The position numbers and the translations under genes are program-made. DNA of 64,000 nt from a virus, in IMG/VR virus record IMGVR_UViG_3300012971_000001, positions 1 to 64,000 of that record. The stretch is one strand, 5' to 3'. A model generated the notes under the pieces. It saw only the letters and a list, made by a program, of their open reading frames with translations. It did not search any database and had not been told where the DNA came from. Each line of letters starts with the position of its first letter. Position 1 is the stretch's first letter. Below, piece after piece: positions 19,071-28,447 of the stretch.

Positions 19071-19306
19071 TGTGGACCATAGCCGTGATTGTAGCAGTAG
19101 CCGCATTATATGTGGCAGCAGTGTTGTGGGACGTCAAGCACGATGTACATAACGCACCGCGGACAGACATGTTTTTGTGTAATAAGCACGGAGCAGTGCC
19201 TATAAAATACGCCGTGCATTTAGACATGGCAGGAATAACTGAGAAGCCTATTCCGTACTGTCCGTTTTGTTTTAATGAGAAGATGAAGAAGGCAAGAGGA
19301 AAATAA
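19064..19306 (+). CDS. Membrane-anchored Zn-binding small protein
   Basis: N-terminal TM; CNKHG ... YCPFC. Confidence 0.55.
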   Translation: MLMWTIAVIVAVAALYVAAVLWDVKHDVHNAPRTDMFLCNKHGAVPIKYAVHLDMAGITEKPIPYCPFCFNEKMKKARGK

Positions 19307-19548
19307 TGCTTAAGTTTACGACGGTGAAAGAGGGCAAGACGTGCCTTGGGCTGGGCATCAGCCGGGAAAACGTCAAGCGGCTGATAGAGGGCAAGCCCAT
19401 CGTGGTCCGCATGAAAGAGCTCGGCGTTTCGGTCAACGGCGAGATTATGATTTTCTTCAAAGAAACGGAGGCCGAGCTGCTGGATGAGATATCAGAGTTC
19501 GTAACAGCAGATACGGTCACGCACGTCGACCCAAAGCTAAAGCAATGA
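19306..19548 (+). CDS. Hypothetical protein
   Basis: LGISRENVKRLIEGKPI motif; coupled. Confidence 0.6.
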   Translation: MLKFTTVKEGKTCLGLGISRENVKRLIEGKPIVVRMKELGVSVNGEIMIFFKETEAELLDEISEFVTADTVTHVDPKLKQ

Positions 19549-19751
19549 AGCGCAAGTGCATGATCGTAAACGACGATACGATCGTTGATTTTATTGTCCG
19601 CTATAACGGCATCGGCACGCCGCTGACCAAAGACGAAACGCAGATTCTCCTGTTCGCTCTGGTCGCAGAAAGCACGATGAAGAATGGCTTAGCAAGACGC
19701 GCAGAAAATAAATGCAACGAGATATGGCGCAATGAGAGACGCAAAAGATAA
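19545..19751 (+). CDS. Hypothetical protein
   Basis: Coupled ORF. Confidence 0.45.
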   Translation: MKRKCMIVNDDTIVDFIVRYNGIGTPLTKDETQILLFALVAESTMKNGLARRAENKCNEIWRNERRKR

Positions 19752-20463
19752 GGTCCGGTTCTTGATGCCGCTGAGCAGAGAGCTGCAGTTCCCCGCCATG
19801 GCCGTGCTCCAGACCTACGTCAACGAATACGACGCGAAAGTCTATTTCACCGGCATGCGCGCGATGGGCATAAATCTAAATCTCGAATACAGCGTAATTA
19901 TGCCGGAAGAAGACTGGCAGCTGTTCCAGGACATCGGGCTTGAATTAAAGCAGCAGCCGGTGCACAGCATAGCCGAAGCAGATGCGGAAGTCGATTTGAC
20001 AGAAGACAGGCTAGCATCCTACCAATGGCGCACCGATCAGCATGTTGCCCAGATCTACGGGCAGATGATCGGCGTGGAAACAAAGGTGCTTCCGAAAATA
20101 CGACAGCTACAGCCGGGCCAACAGTGGTTTACGGTCGACGGAGAGATAGCGGTGGGCCTTGGGTTACCTGAAATCGACGGCGATACCCTTGTGCGTGCCG
20201 TGGACGGGCAGATCGGTGGCATTATAGGCTGGGCCAGCTGGGTCACGTACCTCGCCTGTGCGCAGGGGCTGCCGGTGATAGAAATCAAGCCGTCCGGTCG
20301 CTCGCCCAACTATCTTAGCAAGTGGTCGCACAAGCAGTACAGAATGATAGACGGCGGCAGCAGCCTGATGCCGCAGCTGCAGAGTGCGTTGTTAGACCTG
20401 GAGACACCATGTTCCACAGCAGTAGCAGAAGCAATAACCGGCCGAATGCAGATGGCACGGTAA
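19732..20463 (+). CDS. Divergent GT9-like (heptosyltransferase-fold) protein
   Basis: C-terminal IIGWASWVTYLACAQGLPVI resembles the GT9 IG.DS...HLA.A.G.P.V motif. Confidence 0.45.
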   Translation: MRDAKDKVRFLMPLSRELQFPAMAVLQTYVNEYDAKVYFTGMRAMGINLNLEYSVIMPEEDWQLFQDIGLELKQQPVHSIAEADAEVDLTEDRLASYQWRTDQHVAQIYGQMIGVETKVLPKIRQLQPGQQWFTVDGEIAVGLGLPEIDGDTLVRAVDGQIGGIIGWASWVTYLACAQGLPVIEIKPSGRSPNYLSKWSHKQYRMIDGGSSLMPQLQSALLDLETPCSTAVAEAITGRMQMAR

Positions 20464-20858
20464 ATCTGTTTTGTTGCACGTGCGGAGAGTTTGTCTCGCG
20501 CGGCACGATCATCATGCGGGTGCAGTGCGAACTGTGCCGCAGAGCAGAAAACGGTGAAGAGCTCACAGCCGAGATGATAGCCACGTACCAGCAGGGAAAG
20601 AAGCCACCGTCAGCCTACGAGATATCGATGGTGGTGCTGCCGTCGGTGCCCGGCAAGGAAGAGAAGAAATTCAAGCTGGGCAACATGACCGGCAACATCC
20701 TTGAAGCAGTCGGGATCAAGAGGAAGAAAAAGAAGGCGTCGCCCTCCCAAGTCGCCTCGAAGGAACAACGCCGGGGCCGGATCTTCGATGGAGTTACTCT
20801 TGCGGACAGTTTGGGTAACATGGCCCAAGTCGACGAGGACTTAAAGAGGGACAAATGA
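20409..20858 (+). CDS. Zn-ribbon hypothetical protein
   Basis: CCTCG ... QCELC. Confidence 0.55.
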   Translation: MFHSSSRSNNRPNADGTVNLFCCTCGEFVSRGTIIMRVQCELCRRAENGEELTAEMIATYQQGKKPPSAYEISMVVLPSVPGKEEKKFKLGNMTGNILEAVGIKRKKKKASPSQVASKEQRRGRIFDGVTLADSLGNMAQVDEDLKRDK

Positions 20859-21532
20859 CAGGCACTACTAACTACCCGATCGCAGAAATATTCACGAGTG
20901 TACAAGGCGAGGGACAGTGGACGGGGACGAGGATGACGTTCGTGAGGCTAGCCGGATGCACGGTGGGCAAGCCTTACGGCAAGCTCGACAAGCCGAACGG
21001 ATTAGAAATATATCAGGAAAAATGCACCTTGTGGGACGGCAGAGAATTTCCCTGCGACACGAACTACAAGAAGACCGCGACCATGACGGTCGAACAGATA
21101 CTGAACGAGGTGGGTGACGAGGTGAGAGTCTGTATCACGGGCGGGGAACCGTTGATGCATGACTTGTTGCCGCTGTTGACAGCATTGCATAAAGCCAGGA
21201 AGATGATTCACCTGGAAACGTCGGGCACGATCAGCTTAGAGCCGGTCCGGTCCGACGTAGACTGGATCACGGTCAGCCCAAAGCAGGGAGTACTTCAGTC
21301 CAGCCTGATGATAGCGGATGAAGTGAAATTTCTCATAGACGAAAGGTTCCAAAAAGAAGTATTCGAGCAGGAGATGAAAGGGCTGCTTGTTCGGGGACGC
21401 ATCTGGTTTCAGCCAGTAAACGGGCTGCACGAAATAGATGACCACAACCTAAAGCTCTGCCAGGATTTGCAAGCCACTTACAAGAGTGCCCGCATCTCCG
21501 TTCAAATGCATAAATGGCTAAAGGTAAGATGA
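20855..21532 (+). CDS. queE: 7-carboxy-7-deazaguanine synthase (radical SAM), atypical Cys motif
   Basis: EIFTSVQGEG, FVRLAGC, CDT, ITGGEPL, LETSG, TVSPK, SVQMHK. Confidence 0.9.
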   Translation: MTGTTNYPIAEIFTSVQGEGQWTGTRMTFVRLAGCTVGKPYGKLDKPNGLEIYQEKCTLWDGREFPCDTNYKKTATMTVEQILNEVGDEVRVCITGGEPLMHDLLPLLTALHKARKMIHLETSGTISLEPVRSDVDWITVSPKQGVLQSSLMIADEVKFLIDERFQKEVFEQEMKGLLVRGRIWFQPVNGLHEIDDHNLKLCQDLQATYKSARISVQMHKWLKVR

Positions 21533-21741
21533 AAAAGACAGCTTGGCCTTGGGCCACGAAGAACATATCGCCAGAAGTATTTGCCAGATTTTTAGCTCGT
21601 ATTGAAGTGGTGGGCATAGTGCGCATAATTCGTGCTTTGCATAGGCGTGGTATGACCCAAATAGAAATATGTAACAGATTACACCTGTCAGATTCTACAG
21701 TGCATAGAGTAGTGCACTATAAGACGTGGAAAGTGAGATAG
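21529..21741 (+). pseudogene. Internally deleted HNH endonuclease remnant (HTH retained)
   Basis: ARFLARIE start and IRALHRRG...S.STVHRVVHYKTWK end match the HNH paralogues; nuclease core absent. Confidence 0.6.
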
Positions 21742-21743
21742 AG

Positions 21744-21992
21744 ATGCCTGACATTGACGTGCCCTGCGCCACTTGCGAAACGATAATCAGGGCACACGTC
21801 GCAATGCCGCATATCGTGAACATGTTCTCCGCGACAATGATCGTGGTGGAGCATCCGACGCCGGAAAGATGTCCGGTCTGCAAGACCCTGTTAGTGGTCA
21901 CCGTGGAGGCGGTGCCCAACCTGTTGCTCAGCATGAGAGAGCCGGATGAAGGAGCCAACTACATCCGTACCACAACGACACCGATCCAGTGA
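21744..21992 (+). CDS. Small Zn-ribbon protein
   Basis: CATC ... CPVC. Confidence 0.55.
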   Translation: MPDIDVPCATCETIIRAHVAMPHIVNMFSATMIVVEHPTPERCPVCKTLLVVTVEAVPNLLLSMREPDEGANYIRTTTTPIQ

Positions 21993-21999
21993 GGGGATA

Positions 22000-22497
22000 A
22001 TGACAGATGACAACATCAGAGAATTTCAGCCACTGTACCCGTGGGTATTCGTGCGGGTGCTGCAGAAGGAGCAGACAGTCGGAAAAATAGTCCTGGTAGA
22101 AGGGCCGAAGCAGAACAAGCCCACGCATGAAGGCGTAGTGCTGAAGACGTGGCTGCCGACGACCAAGATCTTCAAGGGCAAGCCGGTCGAGGTGTATTCG
22201 CAGCTACGGCAAGGGCAGCACGTCGTGTTTCCGCACTGGGCAGGGCTGCCGGTAGTCGGCTTTGATGACAAGCACTATCGCATCGTCAAAGAAATAGGAT
22301 GGGAGTCGAGCAACGAAGGCGGGATCTTCGGCTTAATGCAGGACGCAGACGCAGCCGTAGACTCGTTGCAAAGCTGGCTGCTTGCCCACCCGGAAATCGT
22401 GCATCCAGATAAAGTTATTGCATTCGCGCGAGAGATGCTGGAGCGGTTCGTGATAGTCGACCGCGAGAAGCCATCGGTTACCATGTCGGGAGTATGA
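22000..22497 (+). CDS. groES: GroES/Cpn10-like co-chaperonin with C-terminal extension
   Basis: FQPLYPWVFV..., GKIVL, EGVVL, GQHVVFPHWAG pattern. Confidence 0.65.
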   Translation: MTDDNIREFQPLYPWVFVRVLQKEQTVGKIVLVEGPKQNKPTHEGVVLKTWLPTTKIFKGKPVEVYSQLRQGQHVVFPHWAGLPVVGFDDKHYRIVKEIGWESSNEGGIFGLMQDADAAVDSLQSWLLAHPEIVHPDKVIAFAREMLERFVIVDREKPSVTMSGV

Positions 22498-22733
22498 CGA
22501 CCAGAGAACGAAGGCGCCTGGATGAGCTCAAGGCGCTGGTACGCAGAAACGAACATGTAGAATTTAACGAGCTTATTCCGTTGATCTACAAGGAGATAGA
22601 TGAAGAACTTGAAGCAGGGATCAAAGTCGGCACGCTTACCGAAGACCAGGAAAAGTGCCTTACCGAAGAGCAGCGAAAAAGATATCTGCGTCAAAAGGGG
22701 TTTTCACGATTGGAAAGAGTTCATCGACCCTAA
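22494..22733 (+). CDS. Hypothetical protein
   Basis: ATGA coupling. Confidence 0.45.
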   Translation: MTTRERRRLDELKALVRRNEHVEFNELIPLIYKEIDEELEAGIKVGTLTEDQEKCLTEEQRKRYLRQKGFSRLERVHRP

Positions 22734-22806
22734 GAGCGGCGGTTGGCAGAAGTGCCTGTATTGTGGTAAATCAGTAGACTGCGAGGAAGATGAGGGAGCA
22801 GACTAA

Positions 22807-22992
22807 GTGACATCTGAAGAGCGCTTTGAACGCATAGAAAAGAATCTGGATAGGCTTACTACCATGATGATAGATGTAGCGGACAGCGTCAAACGCCTGG
22901 AACGCGTTGCTGGCGTCCTGCTTATCAATGATGAGGAGTTAGATCGTCGCCTGACCGAGATAGAGGGAAGAACACTAAGAAAGCCTCAGTAA
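22807..22992 (+). CDS. Small coiled-coil protein
   Basis: EERFERIEKNLDRL heptads; GGGAG RBS. Confidence 0.6.
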   Translation: MTSEERFERIEKNLDRLTTMMIDVADSVKRLERVAGVLLINDEELDRRLTEIEGRTLRKPQ

Positions 22993-22998
22993 TCGTAG

Positions 22999-23934
22999 AT
23001 GGCTACCGCGACCATCCGCGTTAAGAAGTACTCCGGCCCAGATAGTGCCCTCGTTAAAGACCAGCTCAAGGCGCTGCAGCAGATGCATGCCGCATGGGGC
23101 ATCGAGCAGTTCATGATGGCCCTGTTCTGGATCTTGACCAAGACGAAGGTCACGTTCAAGAGCGGCAAAGTCAGCAGCCTGGTGCCGTTCCGGTTCAACT
23201 GGATACAGCATGATATGGAAAGCAAGCTGGCGCAAAGAAATCTCCTGGTCAAAGCCAGGCAGATCGGCGGCACGACTTACTACTTGCTCAGACGACTGTT
23301 CGTGCCAGCAATACTCGACTACGGCATCGGCAGTTTGCTCATCTCACAGAACAACGAGTATGTGCAGAAGCACTTTGTAATTGCCCGCAGAGCCTATCGG
23401 TACATCGGCGCTGTCGATCCGTACGACACGAGAGAAAACGCATTTAGCATAAGCCTCAAAAATAACCTGCTGCATACCGAAGCATCAAACAGGCGGGAAT
23501 TAATCTTCGATCAATTAGACTCGAGAGTCATCGTAGCGTCAGCGGAAGTAGAAGAGAGCGGCCAGGGCATCACGCTGCATCACATCCTGGCAGATGAGTA
23601 CAGCCGCTGGCCCGGCAGCCCGGCAGATACACTCAGCAACGTAGAAGGCGCACTCGTTCCAGATGGCACCTTGGATAAGAACTGCACAGCCAACGGAGCC
23701 GGTGGGCCTTTCTTCGAGGACGTCATGCGGTGCATCAACACCCCGCAGGACGCAGATGCAAAGCTGCATTTCTATAGCTGGTACTGGACAGATGAGTACA
23801 GAGTCAAGTTATCGCCGAAGGAGGCGGAGGAGCTCAAGAAAGATCTGACCTCTGAAGAAAGAACGCTGATAGCCCGTTTTCACAAAGAGCTGAAGCCTGT
23901 TGCGTGGGTCAAGAATAAGCGAACAATGGTATGA
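22999..23934 (+). CDS. terL: Terminase large subunit, N-terminal ATPase part
   Basis: PFRFNWIQ adenine-binding motif, LVKARQIGGTT Walker A, HILADEYSRW Walker B, TANG motif III. Confidence 0.88.
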   Translation: MATATIRVKKYSGPDSALVKDQLKALQQMHAAWGIEQFMMALFWILTKTKVTFKSGKVSSLVPFRFNWIQHDMESKLAQRNLLVKARQIGGTTYYLLRRLFVPAILDYGIGSLLISQNNEYVQKHFVIARRAYRYIGAVDPYDTRENAFSISLKNNLLHTEASNRRELIFDQLDSRVIVASAEVEESGQGITLHHILADEYSRWPGSPADTLSNVEGALVPDGTLDKNCTANGAGGPFFEDVMRCINTPQDADAKLHFYSWYWTDEYRVKLSPKEAEELKKDLTSEERTLIARFHKELKPVAWVKNKRTMV

Positions 23935-24227
23935 AGCAATCAGAAAAAGAGACAGCACGCCGCACTAAGTATTCCGTGCATATGAGCCGAGCGGAATCGG
24001 GCGTCGGCCGCGGCGATCGTGTTCGGTTCATCGCACATTGTCCCGGCTTTCACTTCGGCGCGATGGGCACGGTGATGCTCGACGGGCTGCGGCTCGGATG
24101 CGTGCGCGTTCGTTTCGACGACGGTAACGAGTTCTGGGTGAATCGCAATTATCTGCAGTTCGCCCATTCGCCGAGTTTGGCTAATTACAACAAGAAGGAA
24201 CTGGAAGCATGTCACGTGAAAAGGTAG
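23931..24227 (+). CDS. Small SH3-like protein inserted between terminase halves
   Basis: GDRVRF...GTV...VRVRFDDG...WV; overlaps both flanking ORFs. Confidence 0.55.
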   Translation: MKQSEKETARRTKYSVHMSRAESGVGRGDRVRFIAHCPGFHFGAMGTVMLDGLRLGCVRVRFDDGNEFWVNRNYLQFAHSPSLANYNKKELEACHVKR

Positions 24228-25091
24228 ACGATGCTGATATCACGCTGGACGATCTGGAGAGGATAGCTTGGCGTAGAAAAGTAAAGTTGCAGCAGCGGGG
24301 CAACTTCGACGAGAAATATCCCTGAAGACGTCCTAACTGCGTTCCTGGTTAGCGGCCTACAGTACTTCAATCGCCAGATCCTGGTTGCCCGCAAGCGAGA
24401 GCTGTTCGGCTACAAGCCACTTAGCATACTTAGAAACGGAGAAGGGGCAATATACAAGTCACGCGTGCCCGGGCGACGTTACCTGATGGGCGCAGACATT
24501 GCCACGGGGCGTACGGTAAGCAGTGAGGAGACGGACTGGAACGCAGCCACGTGCGTAGACCTCGAAACGGGCGAGCAGGTCGCTTCGCTCCACGCGCACA
24601 GCTCGCCAGAAGAATTCGCCTACGACTTAGCAGATGTCGGCAGTTACTACAACAATGCCCTGATAGCAGTAGAGAGAACGGGAGACGGCGGCACGACCGT
24701 ACTTACGCTGAAGGGCGAGTGCAGGTATGGCGCGATCTACAAGCACCGTGACTGGTGGAAGAGAGAAAGGAAAATCGTAGAAGTGGAAGGCTTCCCGACT
24801 ACGGTCAAGACACGGCCGATAGCCTTGAACAAGCTCAACCGCTTTGTCACCGATAGCCCGGAGTTACTGTGGGAAGAAGGTTTCTTCGCAGAAGCACTGA
24901 CCTTCGTGCGGGACGAGAAGGGAAGGCCAGCAGCATCGACCGGAGCGCACGACGATAGAATATCCGCCGGATGGATAGCTTACTATTGCCGCCTGGTCGT
25001 GCTCGGCTACCTCGATCCAATCTCTGTCCCAGCTGAAGGCTACATCCCGTCAGATCGCCTGATCGACGAGGATGAAGCAGAGTCCGAGTAA
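24209..25091 (+). CDS. terL: Terminase large subunit, C-terminal nuclease part, needing a +1 frameshift at 24320-24325
   Basis: ATG 24209 gives ...RIAWRRK...FDEKYP-TGA; +1 frame continues EDVLTAFLVSG..YF into GADIATG, IAVER, GAHDDR (RNase H fold). Confidence 0.8.
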
Positions 25092-25329
25092 CGATCACTG
25101 CCGTTTCTGTATAATGTGCCAATCGGGCTGCGAGGCTCAGAAATTGGCGCAGCAGAGGGGCCGGTAACGGTTGATTCCCTAACTCGAAGACCTTGGGCAC
25201 ATGGACCGGCCCCGACCCAGAGGAAGACGATGTTAGTGATGATAGCGATAGGGCTTATGATCGTCACCGGGGCAGCGATAATCATCGGTGCCTGGATAAC
25301 CAAGACCAGTAATTCCGTAGGAGACCTAG

Positions 25330-25914
25330 ATGAGATGGTTAATAGCTGTTATCGCAACGATAATGCTTTGCGGATGCGCGAAGCACATTCCCGTGCCAAC
25401 GCCGACGGCAGCGCGCACCGTGGTGATCAATTGGACCGCAAGCACTACGCCGGGCGTGAGCTATAACGTGTATCGGGCCACCGTCACGTGCGCCTCGGCG
25501 AGCACCGGAACCAAGCTGAACTCGTCACCGGTCACGGTGCTCACCTACACCGACAGCAACGTCACGGCGGGCACGTATTGTTACTGGGCCACGAGCTATC
25601 TGCAGTCAGCGGCAACGCAGGAATCCGCGCCGAGCAACAAGGCCGAGGTGGTGATTATTGATCAGCCCGCACCACCGCAAAATCTCACCATATCGCCACC
25701 GGCGGTGACCATGCAGACCGGGACCACGCAGCAGTTCACCGCGAATCTGCCCGATGCTGTCTGGTCGATCAGCCCGGTGGACATCGGTAGCATCGACGCA
25801 GCGGGCCTGTACAGAGCACCGGATAAAATACAGGGCAACAACGTGCAGGTGCAAGTAATAGCTCACAGCGGAGTACAGACAGCGACGGCAGCAGTTACGA
25901 TTAGAAAAAATTAA
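25330..25914 (+). CDS. Lipoprotein with Fn3 and Ig-like domains
   Basis: Lipobox MLCGC; WTASTTPGVSYNVYR, YTDSNV..GTY.Y, ESAPSN; GSIDAAGLYRAP. Confidence 0.75.
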   Translation: MRWLIAVIATIMLCGCAKHIPVPTPTAARTVVINWTASTTPGVSYNVYRATVTCASASTGTKLNSSPVTVLTYTDSNVTAGTYCYWATSYLQSAATQESAPSNKAEVVIIDQPAPPQNLTISPPAVTMQTGTTQQFTANLPDAVWSISPVDIGSIDAAGLYRAPDKIQGNNVQVQVIAHSGVQTATAAVTIRKN

Positions 25915-25954
25915 TAATGATGCAGTCCCGATTTTTTTTTTCAAGGAGTTTCCA

Positions 25955-28447
25955 ATGTTCAGAGTAACGACTGCATTGACCGCCTCAGTTATCCTTCTGA
26001 TCGCATCCGGGTGTAAGAAGAAAGCCAAGATCGTCAGTGGCGCGCAGGTGAGTCTTTCGAACCCGTCGGCGAGCGCGATCGATTCGGTAAAAACGCTGGT
26101 GTGGGGATTCAAGAAAGGGGACATAGCGCACTTCCCTAGGCCCGTGTACAACGGCGTGGCGTTGCCGACGTGGCAAGTGGATCAGGTGCGGCGGTGGTCG
26201 GACGGCTCAGTGAAGGTGGCGATCGTCAGCTTTCCGATTTCGTTCGCGGCCAGTCAGGGGAAGATGATCAACTGGGCGGACGATCTGGCACAGTCGAGCA
26301 GTGGCGCCGCCATGACCTCGCAGGAGATGTTGAACTTCATGGGCGGCCGGTGGAACGCTGCGGCGAAGCTGGCGTACAACGGGCTTGGGCAGCAGGTCAG
26401 TGCGCGGACCATGCTGCAGGACGATGTGGACGCGGGGCGGCAGTGCGGGGATCCGCAGAGCAACTGCACGTACTGGCTGCGCGGCCCGGTGGTGACGGAG
26501 ATGGTGCTGCAGGGCCCGCTCGACGATCAGACGAATTTCTTCAAGTACACGATGGGCTTCGACGAGGGGCACGGCATCATCAAGCCGATCCGGCCAGTGA
26601 TCGCGCTGCGTGCTTATCCATCGTGGCCTACCGGCATTCGCGAGGAGGTCCAGATTCGCGCGGACATGGGATCGCGCCTGGAGTTGCTGAATTTCGACTA
26701 CAGCGTCCTGAACGGGCCAGCGCTCACGAACACCGTGTACGCGAAGGCAGGCGTGAGCTTTTACCCGACCACGACGTTTAGGAAAGTCGCATGGGACGGC
26801 GAAGCACCGCCGGTCGTGAACACCGCCAACTACAACGTGGCCTATAAAGCGGACAGCGGCCTGTTCCCGCATTGGGATGCGACGGTCAAGATCGCAAGCG
26901 GCTCGACGCTATACTGGCAGCAGCAGTGGAACAAGAGCGACAAATGCGCCGACCCGACGTCGCATGGGACGATCACGCAGAACTTCAACCTGGTCGGCGG
27001 GCGGTGGGATATCGGGCCAACGACGCAGGCGCACGTGCTGGCCCTGTATGCTCCCGGTCCGATGCGGGTGATCGCGCTGGGCGAGAGCGATTGTTCCGCG
27101 ATGATCCCGTTCCACCTGCTCGACACCAGGGCGGGCACGCAGAAGTTCTGCCCGCGCACTTGCACCGACGCGAACGCCCAGGCGCCGGCCTTTGGCAGGT
27201 TTCCGTCACCGGAAGCACGGCCGACATGGCTCTCCGGCAGGTATGGCATTACGTGGGATTTCGTGGCCGGAGTTGCCGCAGCAGACAAGATCCAACCGAT
27301 CTACTTCCCGCAGAGCTCGAGCGTGAACGGCTGGACGCTCGACGGATCGCATCATCCCGACCTGTGGTACACGGCCTTTTTCCTCTCTGACGGCGAGCGG
27401 TATTACGTCGATGAGATCGTGAACTTCGCGCTCTATCTGCGCGCGGCCGATACCGCCGGGACGCTCGGATATCAGCACCATAACTGGTGGGCAATAAGTC
27501 ATTACAACGGCAGTTATCAAGCACGCGGCTATGCCTGGGGGCATCGCACGCTGGGCGGCGCCGTCACGCTGCTGGATCAGAGCGATCCGCGCTATCAGTT
27601 CCTGACGAAGCACTGGGAATACGACGCGAGAGTCGGCGAGGGCGCGTATGAGATCGTCAACGGCAAGTACCCGCCGGCCGACCCTGCCTGCACGGGCTTC
27701 AACGTCGCGACATCGAACGCGGTCGCCGATATGTGGTGCTGGGGCAAGCTATACGTCGGCCGCTTCCAGAACGCTTCGCTGCCGCAGCCTGCTTTGTGGA
27801 GCAATGCCAACGCGGTACCGCTTCCGGCTCCGCGAAGAGCGGCGAATAAGCCGGAGCTATACCCGTTCGATTGGACTAAGATCGTCGCACTTTACCCGCC
27901 CTGGATGTCGCACTACAAGCAAATCATTGCCACCTGGAACGGCCAGCGCGAACTTGGCTACGACGATGCAGTGCAGCAGCGTGAAGCGACCGGCGAGATG
28001 AGGATGCTGATGTCGCCGGGCCACAATCGCTGGCTGGCGGCCGAGGCGGAATGGCCATCGACGCTGGACGATGGGCATGGAGCGGGCGATGCAGCCAAGC
28101 CGGGGCGCTACATCATAACGACCGATGACTGGCGTAGCGCGTGGCTCAATGGTTTCGTCTCGAATGGCGCCGGTTCGTGCGACGACGCGCCACCGTTCGA
28201 TTTTGATGCCGTGAATTTCTGGAGATGCAGCGGCTACTGGGCCTACAGCTCGTCCACGCACTCACTGGAGACGTACGCATACTCGTTCCGCGCCACGGCC
28301 GCGGGCTGGGTCGGCCTCCAGACGATTGCGCTGGACGGCTCGACACCGATCACTGGCAGGCAGGTGTGGGACTGGGTGAACAGCGACGAGGCAAAGCTGC
28401 GCACGGCGCAGTGGGGCGACGATCCGCGCTATGCCATCGTGCCTTGA
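25955..28447 (+). CDS. Large secreted/lipoprotein, Trp/Tyr-rich, possibly carbohydrate-active
   Basis: AAGGAG RBS; lipobox IASGC; RWSDGSVKVA motif; 830 aa. Confidence 0.7.
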   Translation: MFRVTTALTASVILLIASGCKKKAKIVSGAQVSLSNPSASAIDSVKTLVWGFKKGDIAHFPRPVYNGVALPTWQVDQVRRWSDGSVKVAIVSFPISFAASQGKMINWADDLAQSSSGAAMTSQEMLNFMGGRWNAAAKLAYNGLGQQVSARTMLQDDVDAGRQCGDPQSNCTYWLRGPVVTEMVLQGPLDDQTNFFKYTMGFDEGHGIIKPIRPVIALRAYPSWPTGIREEVQIRADMGSRLELLNFDYSVLNGPALTNTVYAKAGVSFYPTTTFRKVAWDGEAPPVVNTANYNVAYKADSGLFPHWDATVKIASGSTLYWQQQWNKSDKCADPTSHGTITQNFNLVGGRWDIGPTTQAHVLALYAPGPMRVIALGESDCSAMIPFHLLDTRAGTQKFCPRTCTDANAQAPAFGRFPSPEARPTWLSGRYGITWDFVAGVAAADKIQPIYFPQSSSVNGWTLDGSHHPDLWYTAFFLSDGERYYVDEIVNFALYLRAADTAGTLGYQHHNWWAISHYNGSYQARGYAWGHRTLGGAVTLLDQSDPRYQFLTKHWEYDARVGEGAYEIVNGKYPPADPACTGFNVATSNAVADMWCWGKLYVGRFQNASLPQPALWSNANAVPLPAPRRAANKPELYPFDWTKIVALYPPWMSHYKQIIATWNGQRELGYDDAVQQREATGEMRMLMSPGHNRWLAAEAEWPSTLDDGHGAGDAAKPGRYIITTDDWRSAWLNGFVSNGAGSCDDAPPFDFDAVNFWRCSGYWAYSSSTHSLETYAYSFRATAAGWVGLQTIALDGSTPITGRQVWDWVNSDEAKLRTAQWGDDPRYAIVP

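Noticed and set aside
23880-24250. Group I/II intron interrupting terL
   Set aside because: No recognisable intron core or homing endonuclease; the insert is filled by an ordinary coupled ORF and the downstream half has its own ATG and RBS. Not fully excluded without RT-PCR
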